Of a DNA stretch of 64,000 bases, positions 13,754 through 25,400 are shown one piece after another. The position numbers and the translations under genes were made by a program. The notes under the pieces are model-generated. The model ran no database searches, was not told the DNA's origin, and worked only from the letters and a program-made list of their open reading frames with translations. Origin of the DNA: Selaginella moellendorffii (lineage: Eukaryota > Plantae > Lycopodiophyta); assembly GCF_000143415.4 (NCBI RefSeq), contig NW_003314267.1, positions 1,890,185-1,954,184 on the forward strand. The letters run 5' to 3'. Within the stretch, counting starts at the first letter, position 1. The number at the start of each line of letters is the position of its first letter.

Positions 13754-14953
13754 TGTAAGCCACAAATTTTTCCCTTCCAATTTGTCAGCTTACCTCGTCT
13801 ATCCAACCAACACTACTTTGGCTTGTGCTAAGTTCCTTCGCCAAGGTTCCCACCTATTGTACCAGCTCCTACTTGGTCCTTTTTAGTTTTAGCTACTCAC
13901 TGCACAAGCAACGGAGCGTTACCCATCCATCCACAGATTCCCAAATCTCTCCCAATCCCCCTTTCCGGGTTAGACTGGACTTAAGGTTCGATTACACTCC
14001 CCGCAGGCACAAGTAGCCAAGCACACTAAGCCTCTAGGTTCCTAACACCCTTTGGTATGACAAGACTTGATTATGGGACCCTCTAAATCCCAAGCCTTGG
14101 GTGCAACACTTGCTTCAGGACATCGGGGTGAAACACCGTGACCTAACGGCTTGGTATGGGTACCTCTACCCCCCCACTTCCATCCCGAAGGGAAGGCCCA
14201 AGCCCCTAGGAAGGGCGAGGACCAATGAGCCACAAGGTACTCAAGTGGGGCACCACTCCACATGAGCTGGGAGCACCACAATCGGTTTCCCTTTCAGGAG
14301 TGGGAGCTGCTCTTGAGCACTTCCCTGGGTGGCCCCTCCAGCACCACCCAAGCCCATGCTCACTCCCACTCAAGGCCCCTTGGCCCCAGTTTCAACCTTA
14401 AGTCAATTTGGAAGCACCACTGGAGAGTTCCTTCAAAACTGGTTCCTAGACCTCACTATCCCTACTATACTTTTGGAACCCCCTGCAGCCCCCCCCTCCC
14501 CCTGGGAGACGCATGCTTTGGGCTTTCACCCCTTGACCCGTATTAGTATTCGGACTCGGTCTTAGACTCGATCTCGGACCCGACTTCGGACTCGGTCTCG
14601 GACTTGACCTCAGACTCGGTCTCAGACCCGATTTGGATCTCGGACTCTGTCTTGAACTCGGTCTCGAACTCGGTCTCCGATTCGGCCTCGGGCTCGATCC
14701 CGGACTCTATCTCGAACTCGGTCTCAGAGTCGGTCTTGGACTCGATCTTCAACTCGGTCCCATCCGATGAACTCTTTGTCATTTCAGTCATGCTTTTGGG
14801 GATCCTTTAGCCTACGACATCTCGAGGAGTCGGTTCCTTACAACTCCACCACCCATAGAAAAAGTTCAATACCCACATCGAACGTCTCTTTTTTATCCTA
14901 TGCCTTGTTGACCATGTCTCCGAGGACATCCCCCCACTTAGCGGTGTGCCTAA
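13754..14953 (-). repeat. 3' LTR of nested chromovirus
   Basis: Highly similar to 20050-21243; preceded on the minus strand by PPT gggctcttggctggggagg. Confidence 0.92.
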
Positions 14954-15602
14954 GTTAGCCTCCCCAGCCAAGAGCCCATGACAACAGAATATAGGTGTCC
15001 CTATACCCCTCACCTCACCACACCCTAGTATGGGGTCGGGACTTAAACCTAGCCTTGCTTTACTAGGGGGTTGGGACTCGAACCCAACCTCCGTAGAATA
15101 TGTCTATGGATTCGACATCCCCGTGGGGAGTCGACCTAGCTAACCCATGCTAATTAGCTTACCTTCGGCGTGCCTTCGGGTCCCAACATATGTCTTTGCT
15201 CAACTTCACAAATTGATATTTTAATTGAACTTTGCATAAGTACATAGAGTTTTGCCTTGCAGAAATTCCTCCACTAGATCTCGCGCATTCGCTAGGTTCT
15301 CCTCCGGTTCCCATGTTGCTTTGCAGTGTGGAAATCCTTTCCACTTCACATGGAACTCTCTCACCTCGCGTCCTTGTCGCTTGCTCTTGCATGCATTGAG
15401 GATGGCCTCGACTTCGTATTCCTCTTCCCCTTGGATAACCTCAGGTAAAGGTCTTATTTGGTCCTTGCGAAGCGAATCTTCAAAGTACAGCTTGAGTAAG
15501 TTTACGTGGAACACAGGGTGCATCTTCCCCATCTCTCGAGGAAGTCAGAGACGGTAAGCCACTTTACCGATTCGTGCCTCAATCTTATAAGGCCTCACGA
15601 AC

Positions 15603-15654
15603 CTACTTAAGGAACTCAAGATCAATTCATTTATAGGAATACATGCACGTTTAC
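15603..15654 (-). other. Predicted 52-nt spliceosomal intron in the integrase GPY/F region
   Basis: AAAG|GTAAAC...CTTAAGTAG|GTTC; removal gives KLTQR-FVRPYKI, in frame with the chromodomain ORF. Confidence 0.75.
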
Positions 15655-16069
15655 CTTTGGGTCAACTTCCGGCTAATCCCACTTGGTAGCTTGAGGTTCT
15701 TGGTGTTCAACCACACCTTCTCCCTAGCTTGGAACTCTACATCCCAGCGCTTCTGGTTCGCGTACTTGGTTTGCCTTTGTTGAGCCCGTTCCAAGGAATC
15801 CCTCACTAGATTCCAAATGTTGAGTCTCTCTGCTATGAATGCCTCCACTGCGGGTAACTCTTCATGATACTCGGCCATGCCGAGTTCCACAGGACCTTCA
15901 ATAGCTCGCCCATTAATGACTTCCCATGGACTCACCCCGATACTCGAATGTGGTGAATTGTTATAACACATTTCCGTAAGTCCCAAATGACTTACCCAAT
16001 TGGTCTGGTCTCCCGAGACATAGTACCGCAAATAATCCTCCAGCCTATTCACCCTTTCCGTTTGTCCAT

Positions 16070-16116
16070 CTGTCAAGAAGTGTTAGTGCCATCAAACTTG
16101 ACTTAATACCCAATAC
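16070..16116 (-). other. Predicted 47-nt spliceosomal intron in the integrase catalytic core
   Basis: ACAG|GTATTG...GCACTAACACTTCTTGACAG|ATGG with a CTAAC branch point; removal restores STAYHPQT-D-GQTERVN. Confidence 0.8.
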
Positions 16117-19100
16117 CTGTCTGTGGGTGATAGGCTGTGCTGAATTTCAACTTGGTGCGATACTATTCTAGGAGAGTCCTCCAGAACCTACTAGTGAAGA
16201 TCTTATCTCTATTTGAGATAATCTCTTCCGGCCTTCCCCGCACTCAAACCACTTGTTCGAAGAATAGCTTCGCCACACCTTCTGCATCCACTTCCGTTGT
16301 GGTGGGTATGAAATGTGCCATTTTTGAAAATCGGTCCACCACCACAAATATCGCATCAAACCCCTCGCTTGGGGGGAGTCCCGTGATGAAGTCCATCGTA
16401 AGAAATTTCTACGGACAATCTGGAATTGGGATGCTTTGCAACAAGCCCCCACTAGCCTTAGTCACGGCTTTGACCTGCTGACATGTTGGATATGTCTTTA
16501 CATAGTCTTGGACATCCTTAGCCATATCTGGCCAATGGTACTTCCTCTTGAGTAAGTCCATCGTCTTGGGCAGTCCGCTGTGTCCCGCAAGAGGTCTGTC
16601 ATGACACTCTTCTAAGGCTACCTTCCTTAATTCCTCTTCTGGAACATACACCCTCGTTTGCTTGTAATAGATGAGTCCGTTGCGTTCCGCATAGCTCGTT
16701 TTCTCTTCCGTTGGCAGCTCACCTCTCTAGTGAGCTTCCCGTGCCTCTAGATTCCTCAGCAACACTTCTTGGGCTAGACCATCGTTCTCATATGTTGTCC
16801 ACACATCGTCCCAAAACGTTGCTGTCGCACTGGATATCGCTAACCTCAAGCTCGCTTTTCGACTTAGCGCATCCGCCATGATGTTGGTCTTCCCATGCTT
16901 GTACAAAATCTCACAATCAAACTCGGCCAGGGCATTGGCCCACCAACTTTGTTTCCCTCTTAGGTCGGGCTGTGACAAGAAGTGTTTCGTTGCCACATTG
17001 TCCGTGTAAACCTTGAAGTGTCTCCCAAGGTAGTGTCGCCACTCCTTGAGTGCCTTGACCACTGCAAACAATTCCTTCTCGTGGGCAGGCCACTTCCGTT
17101 GAGCCTTGTCCAACTTCTTTGAGAAGAACGCTACTGGATGGTTGTCTTGCTTCAAAATTGCGCGCAACGCAAAGTCCGAAGCATCCGTTTCTACCTTAAA
17201 GTCCTTACCAAAGTCTGGTAATGCCAACATGGGAGCCTTCCTCAACTTCCCTTTGAGGTGGACGAATGCCGCCTTGCATTCCACTGTCCATACCATCTTC
17301 CTTTTTCCTGTTTGGTCCGTTAAGGGCAGAGCTACTCTCGAATAATGTCTGATAAACTTTCGGTAGTAGTTGCATAACCCCAAGAACGCCCTCAACTCAT
17401 GTACATTCGATGGTCACTCCCATTCCTAGATCACTTGGACCTTCTCCAGGTCCACCTTGAGCTCGTCCTAGGCCACCACATGCCTGAGAAACTTTACCTC
17501 TTGTTGAGCAAATTCACATTTGCTCTCTTTAGCATACAGTTTGTGTTCCCTTAGTTTCTCAAACACCTTCGCCAAGTGTTCAACATGCTCCTCTAGCGTC
17601 TCGCTATAGATCAGGATATCGTTGATATAGACGACCACAAAGTGATCCAGATAGGGTATAAAGATATGGTTCATCAATGCCAAAAACGTTGCTGGCGCAT
17701 TGCACAACCCAAAAGGCATCACCAGAAACTCAAAGCTCCCATACCTAGTTCGACAGGTTGTCTTCTTGACATCTTCCTCTACTACCCTGATTTGGTAGTA
17801 TCCTGACCTCAGGTCAATCCTCGAGAAGTATTTTGCCTTTCCCAACCTATCGAACAGGTCCTCAATCCTTGGCAAAGGGTATTTGTTCTTCTTTGTATAC
17901 TTGTTGAGCAACCGATAGTCTATGCACATGCGCATAGATCCATCTTTCTTTTTCACAAATAACATTGGCGCCCCATATGGTGACTTGCTCAACCTAACAT
18001 ACCCTTTGTCCACCAACTCCTCTAGTTGGCGCTTGAGCTCCTCGAGTTCTTTTTCGTTCAAACGATAGGGGGGATGAACCACCTCCTCAGCACTCTCAAC
18101 CAGCTCAATTTTATGTTCTATCGGTCGTGCGGGGGGCAACCCCACTAGCAGCTCCTCCAGCATGGTATCCTGGAATTGGTCCAACACCCCCTGGATCATT
18201 AAAGGTACTTCTTCCGTTCCTGTCTTTTTGTCACTCTTCACCGAGAGTAAGTACAAAAATGCTGCCTTAGTTCCTTTAGTGAGTTGTCCTCTCGTGGACA
18301 CCAGGTTTAAGCAGGAATCTTTGGCCTTGCTTTGCCCTACCTTTAGATCCTGGGCCTCCACCCTAGATCTTCTTCCTTGGGCATTCGCTAGTACCACAAG
18401 GTTTTTACCTTGTCCATGCAGAGCTACCACGAACCGATTGAACCAATCCATTTTGAAGATCACGTCAAATCCCGCCATGTCCAACACGGTGAAATCCATG
18501 TCCACTTTCCATGTCCCTACTTCGACTCTCGCTTGTCGAAGTACCTTATCGATGCTTTGGCTACCTTGAACAAACTTTATAGTCCTTGGTTCGCGTAGCC
18601 GCTGCACCGTTAGTCCAGCTTGCCGGACTATGTCTGCAACCACAAAATTATCCGAAGCACCCGTGTCAATAAGGATCTTAACAAAGCTACCTCCGAGCTT
18701 CCCTCGGAGGGCTAGTAGATGTCGCGAACGACTCTCTACCAAAGTTGCTCGTGTAATGAGTAACTTTGAGTTAGGGATTGGATCACATACCTCAGTTTGG
18801 ACTTCACGCGACTTGATGGCCATATTGGCTCTGGCCTTCTTCAGGTAGGGAAATTCCCTCGAAAAGTGTCTCGCCTCACTGCAGTTGTAGCATACGTTGT
18901 TTCCCACGTTGCTATACAACTTGACCTTCTTATCCGTGGGTTTGTCTCTTTTTGCTTGACTCCCCCACGTACTCGCTCATTGGCCACCGAATTTGCCTTT
19001 CCGAAACCCCAAGGACTCATTCTTAGAGAAACTCTTCTTAAATTTCCCTCTACTATACGTTCCCCTTGGTTTGGCCCCTTTGCTAAATATGGACCCCGAC

Positions 19101-20034
19101 CCCGTCGTGTTCCCCTTTCGCAGGTTATCGTTGAAATGCACCTTGATGGCCACATCCAACGCTTCCTTGTAGTTGGTTGGGTTCCAACGCATCACCTCAC
19201 CGCGAGCCCAGGTTTGGAAACCTTATATGAAGGCATGGAACGCATCCATATCCCCAATGTCCGTGACAAGTATCTTCTTTGCCATAAACCCATTCACATA
19301 TTCTTGAATGGTTCCGGTCTACTTCAGCCTACTCAGCTCGTCCCTTAGATGCAGAGTAGCATTCGGAGGAACATAAGTCACGCGGATCCTTGCCTTCATC
19401 ATTTCCCAAGTGGCCACCGGTCCTTTGTTGGCCTCTGTCATTCTCCACCAAGACTTGGCATTATCTGCCAAGTATGGTTTTGCATATGATACCTTCTCCG
19501 ACCTTGGTAACCGCAACGCTCGAAAGTAGTCCTCCATATCGTAAAACCAATCCTCCACCACCTTATAGTCGTTCACTCCCTTGAAGACCGGTGGGGGCTT
19601 TGGTTTGTACTTGGGAACTGCCTGAGGGACTGATTCCACTTCGGTCTGTTCAACCTTGTTTGGTTTTGCCTCAATCCCTGCCGAAGGGTCCACACCTTCT
19701 GCGTTGCCAGCATTCACAGTCTTTTGCTTTTTCTTCCGCTTCTCGTCACGCTTTAGCTTGCGTATGAAAGTCTCCAGCAGAGCATTGGTCTGTGCCAATT
19801 GTCCTTCTAGAACGTCCAAACGAGCCTTGGACGACCGAACCTCGCCATCGGACTCCTATTTGGAAGTTTCCTCACTGGAGTCCTCCTCATGCAAGGATTC
19901 CTCATCCATAGCCTCTTGTTCAACCGGAGGCTCCAGCTCTGGCAGGGGTTCTGTCTCCACCTGGGTTCGCTTACATCCTACCTTTGCCATCTCCCAGCAA
20001 TCCACCTCTATCCTTCACTAGAACTGAGGGAAAG

Positions 20035-20046
20035 GCTCCGATACCA
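20035..20046 (-). promoter_or_regulatory. Primer-binding site (tRNA-iMet type)
   Basis: TGGTATCGGAGC, 3 nt after the 5' LTR end; the canonical iMet PBS is TGGTATCAGAGC. Confidence 0.85.
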
Positions 20047-20049
20047 AAT

Positions 20050-21243
20050 TGTAAGCCACAAATTTTTCCCTTCCAATTTACCAGCTTACCTCGTCTATCC
20101 GACCAACACTGCCTTGGTTTGTGCTAAGTTCCCTCGCTAAGGTTCCCGCCTATTGTACCAGGTCCTACTTGGTCCTACTTGGTTTCAGCTACTCACTGCA
20201 CGAGTAACAGAGCGTTAGCCATCCATCTACAGATTCCCAAATCTCTCCCAATCCCAATCCCCCTCCCCGGGCTAGACTAGACTTAAAGTTCGGCTACACT
20301 CCCCATAGGCACAAGCAGCCAAGCACACCAAGCCTCCAGGTTCCTAACACCCCTTGGTATGACAAGACTTGATTATGGGACCCTCTAAATCCCAAGCCTT
20401 GGGTGCAACACTTGCTTCGGAACATCGGGGCGAAACACCGTGACCTAACGGCCTGGTATGGGTACCTCTACCCCCCCCACTTCCATCCCGAAGGGAAGGC
20501 CCAAGCCCCTAAGAAGGGCGAGGACCAATGAGCCACAAGATACTCAAGTGAGGCACCACTCCACATGAGCTAGGAGCACCGCAGTCGGTTTCCCTTTCGG
20601 GAGTGGGAGCTGCTCTTGAGCACTTCCCTAGGTGGCCCCCTCGGCACCACCCAAGCCCATGCTCACTCCCACCCAAGGCCCCTCGGCCCCAGTCTCAACC
20701 TCAAGTCAGTTTGGAAGCACCACTAGAGAGTTCCTTCAAGACTAGTTTCTGGACCTCACTATCCCTACTATACTTTTGGAACCCCCTGCAGCCCCCCGCC
20801 CCTTGGGAGATGCACGCTTTAGGCTTTCACCCCTTGACCCGTATTAGAATTCGGACTCGGTCTCAGACTCGATCTCGGACTCGACTTCGGACTCGATCTC
20901 AGACTCGGTCTCGGACCCGATTTGGATCTCGGACTCTGTCTCGAACTCGGTCTCGAACTCGGTCTCCAATTCGGCCTCGGGCTCGATCCCAGACTCTATC
21001 TCAAACTTGGTCTCAGAGTCAGTCTTGGACTCGATCTTCGACTCGGTCCCATCTGATGAACTCTTTGTCATTTTCGGTCATGCTTTCGAGGATCCTTTAA
21101 CCTATGACATCTCGGGGAGTCGGTTCTTTACAACTCCACCACAGATAGAAGAAGTTCGATGCCCACATCGAACGTCTCTTTTTTATCCTATGCCTTGTTG
21201 ACCATGTCTCTGAGGGCATCCCCCCACTTAGCGGTGTGCCTCG
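20050..21243 (-). repeat. 5' LTR of nested chromovirus
   Basis: Matches 13754-14953; adjacent to the PBS. Confidence 0.92.
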
Positions 21244-22470
21244 ATGAAGAAAGGTTATGAGGGATCAGCATGGATCAAGACGGGAGCAGAACTGAAGGCC
21301 GCCTTGAGTGTATCGAAAGGATGCTGGGCAGTAGCAGACCAAGAGAAGGGAACATCCTTGTGAGTGAGATGCGTGAGAGGAAGGACAATGTTAGAATAGT
21401 GATCTGTGGTAGAAGTTGGCGAAGCAAAAAAAAACCTGAATATCCGACATTGATTGTGGAGGCTCCCATTCGAGAATAGTCTTGACTTTAGTAGGATCCA
21501 TTGTGATACCCTCAAGAGTGACAATGTACCCAAGGAACTCCACAGACTCCTGATCAAAGGAACATTTCTCAAGCTTTGCATATAGGCCATGTTCCCATAG
21601 CTTTGCCAACACCTTGCGCACATGCTCATCATGCTCCTACTCTGTTTGGACAGGGTTGTTTCCCAACTGCAACAGAGGTGGACTTTGAGGCAGAGTGAAC
21701 TTGAGCAGCTGGGGAGGCTTCTTGGGACACACAGCTGCTTTATGATTAGGATCAGCATAGTAGAGGCAAAGATCATGAGATATTTGACATTGCTTCTTAG
21801 CAGGACTCAACTTCCCTTTGATGAGTCGGGGAGTACCAGAAATATCCATCGGGATTTGAGCAGTAGGTTCAAGAGTATGCCCCGAAGACTCAAGCTGGGA
21901 TTCCTGAGTCTGGGATGGGAAAACGACGGGCCGGTGACTTTCCTGACGACGTTCAAAGAGACGATTGTCACATCGAATAGCTTTGTTGATAGCGTCCGAT
22001 AGGTCCATGGGATCCTCCATGGTGAGCAACAAATCCTTGACACCGTTGTTGAGGCCGAAACAAAATTGATCAATCAGAGCCTGCTCATCCCACTAAGTGT
22101 CCAATGCAAGGAGTTGGAACTCTGCAGCATAGATCGAGGCAGGACGAGACCCCGAGAGAGACATCTCATCTTTGTGGTGGCAGCCCTAACCCGATCTGTC
22201 TCACCAAAACATGCTTCGAGCTTCTCTTTGAAGAATTGAAGATCCATCAGCTCCGGAACCACGACCCCTTTCATGCTCTTCTCCAGGAGAGGAGAAAACC
22301 ATGATAAAGTTGCACCTTCGAGCAACATCCCAATCCTGCCAATTTGAGACTCGATAGTGGGGTACTGCCGATGTTGAAGTGCAAAAATCAGCTCCATCTA
22401 GTTCAAGAATCTGCAAAGCTCCGAATGCTTGCCTAAAAATTTCACCGGGAAACTAGTTTTTTGGGTTTGA
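21244..22470 (-). mobile_element. Host chromovirus remnant: gag fused by deletion to RT C-terminus and connection
   Basis: Gag LLEGATLSWFSPLLEK and AIRCDNRLFERR..PMDI..LCLY, then directly EHVRKVL..LYAKLEKCSF..VEFLGY and FSSAPVLIHADPS*PFFIEA. Confidence 0.8.
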
Positions 22471-25400
22471 GACATCAGTAGGATGTGATATCTCTTGCTT
22501 AAAAAATTTGAGTCCCTTTATTTAGATTAGCTAGTGAGATAGTTGGCATGAATGAGTATTGCAACATTTATTCTATTCTGTTGATTATTACTACAATTGG
22601 TTCTAATAGGTTAGATGTTTGATGGTGAATCCTATGTTTTTCAATTATAATGATCTTGGTGGTTTTTATACTTTAATATTGGTTTATCAGATGATAATTT
22701 ACTTGGAATACTTTTGTGTTTTAATCTAAGATTTATTCACTATTACTTAAGTCTTTAAAATATCATTGTCTATGACCTTGATATTGTCCATCTCTTGATC
22801 TTTCTATTTAGACCAATATAGATAAATTGGTTTTGGCACTTCATGTGCATGGTGAAATCTTTAATCATGAGGTAGCTACTGTCAATTAATCACATCACCC
22901 ATCTCTCTCTTAATGTTCTTTATTTTATTTAAAAGGGCATAACTGTGTAAACAACTTTAACTGTCTATTTACAGTAATTTATCTAAACCTTACCGACAGG
23001 TTTGGTTTCTTTACTCATAAGGGTTGGGGCCTCTAACTTCTCTCTTTATGTCACTTACAGGTAAAAGCATATCACTCTTTTGTAAGTTGGGTGACTCTAT
23101 TGGTCATTTCTCTATTACCGACGATTAAAAGGTGTTTAAGCTATAGTGTATTTGGGTTAAACAGAGAGGTTACCTTAACTCATTTAAGTTGGTGCATTTC
23201 TCATTAAGTGTAAACACTATGAACTTTTTCTAGAGTTATTTCTTTGGCAATGTTCTAAATTATAGTATACATCGATGATGTCAATCTTCCTTAAAGGGGG
23301 AGAGTGTCTCAAATATGACTGTGGGTATCAAAAGTTATCTATTAGATAGTTCTTTCGAATATTCTTTCCTTATTGCCATGATGGTAAGGGATTGATATTA
23401 CTGAACCCTTTATCAATCCCTTTTGTTCAAGTGTTAGTAAACTTGACTTAGCATCTATAGTAGGTTAGACAAGTATAAGGAAGGAATTTCTAAATGTTTA
23501 TTTAGCCAAACATATTTGGCCTAACTTGAAAGTTCTTTTTTATTCTGTCCTACACTAGCTTAACAAGAACCCTTACAATATTAAAATTGGTCCCTCAATG
23601 TTCACTAAATGATAGTTTATTATGTTTGCCAAACACCCTCACTATCATGCCTTTTGTGTTAGTCATATTCGGTCCCAATTGCTATTTATGTAAAGTGTCT
23701 AGATTTATTAATTTGGGATATCTATAGAATGTCAAGATTGTTATAAACACAATGGTGTTGGTCCTATGCCCAAATTTGCAATTTAGTGTCATTCTATACT
23801 AATAAGTTTCAAGTTTGTCCCAAAGACTAACTTTTAGTATTGTGGGTGGTTAAGGGTGAAAACGCAAAGAATATGTTTCTAGTAGAGATAGTGGGTAGGT
23901 TGGGAATGGCTGACCAACTTGAAGTATAATCTAGCTTTTGCTTGCGTGCTTATTCTTGTTTTGCATCTGGTTTGTGTCTAAGTCTAAATTCCATACCATA
24001 TTAGCTGGTGGAGTACCTACATTCTTGCATTAGGCCACTAATATGCTAAAATAGTGTTAAACTTTATTTGGCTCTATTTTGTATGTTGGTCTTGGCATTA
24101 GAATGCTAGATGCTTTAGTATTGTTTCAAGTTGCTCTATACTCCTATCTCTTTTCTCCTTAGGCTGTACACTCAATAGTTACTCTGGGCTTCAATTCCTT
24201 CGTTCCTTGGCTCCATATTTAAAAGTTTGGCTCTGTTCCTTCATTCAATGGTCCAAGGCTTTGAAACTCGAGTTCCAATCCACTATCCTTGATATGTGGC
24301 ATGTGGTATGTGGCATATGATACATGGCACATGGACGGTTTAGATTTTATTTCGTGGTTATCCTTTGGTAAACCATTATAGGATAAAGGGTGAAAACCAC
24401 ATACGCTACATTTACTTAGATTATCGAGATAGCTTTTGAGACGAATTAAAAATTTCACAGGGTAAGTATTAATCCTTTAATCTATTATTTGATCCTTTCT
24501 CTTTTGGGATTATATTTTTTGTTTTTGTTTTATCATTCTTCCTTTCTTCTCTAAATTTGTTATAGTTTTTTGCTAAAACTAGAATTTTAGCTATTATTAT
24601 GCTTATATTTTCTCATTGCATTCCTTTATTTTGCCATATCATACCATAATTGATCAAAGAGTATATCACTTAAGGTTACTAATGTTGTATCATTGGATCA
24701 AATTTTTGGTTTTGTGGGGCATGATTATATTGGTATTGTACATATCCTTGGTGTGTTATGGTCTCCAGTTTCCATACAGGTTCTCCTATTTTATATGTCC
24801 TATTATCTCCCATTAATGTGGAACGTGATTATATATCAATTGGAGAGTTATGAATGATGTAATTTAATTCTTGGAAAATATTCAAGGATCAAGTTAATAG
24901 GAAGATGATATATACAAGTTTAAGTGGATTGAAGATCATGATGAGGAGCTTGATTATCTTTTACTCTTTCTCAACTTTTTCTTATTTTTTAGTTTTAGCC
25001 ACCTTCTTATATTTGTAGTGTTGCTTCTTCAGTTGTAGTATTTCCTTCTTTTAGCATGATGATAATTTTTTATGCTTATGATTCTCATTCTAAATTTAGT
25101 ATTGAGTTGAGTGTTTTTTATCCTCCTCATACCAATAAAATGTTGAGTATATGTGCAAAAATAAAAATTTTGCTTTTATTTCATTGACAAAGTTTTTGAT
25201 TTGTTTTGGTATTGAGTATTTCTTTGTTCTAAAAGTTAAATCACTTTTGTTAGAGTTTTGGATTGAATATATGTCCTTGGTTGCAAATGTCATTGAGAGC
25301 CTTTGTTTTACCGAGTTTATATGTTCTTTTGAAAGTGTGGATTTTTCTATTAGTTTTCCTCTTTCTGTTATACTTCAAAGTTTTTTCTCTTTAGAGGAGG

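Larger units (their letters stand above)
15221..19990 (-). pseudogene. gag-pol polyprotein (Gag, zinc knuckle, protease, RT, RNase H, integrase, chromodomain) with about 11 premature stops and two intron-like interruptions
   Basis: Motifs: [12 protein letters not shown] knuckle, LIDTGAS, YIND (decayed YIDD), VETDASD, H-H-x-C zinc finger, [49 protein letters not shown]. All ORF pieces from ATG 19990 to 16117 share one frame. Confidence 0.9.
13754..21243 (-). mobile_element. Near-complete Ty3/gypsy chromovirus LTR retrotransposon nested in an older chromovirus
   Basis: About 1.2-kb LTRs at 13754-14953 and 20050-21243, PBS, PPT, and the domain order gag-CCHC-PR-RT-RH-IN-chromodomain. Confidence 0.95.
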
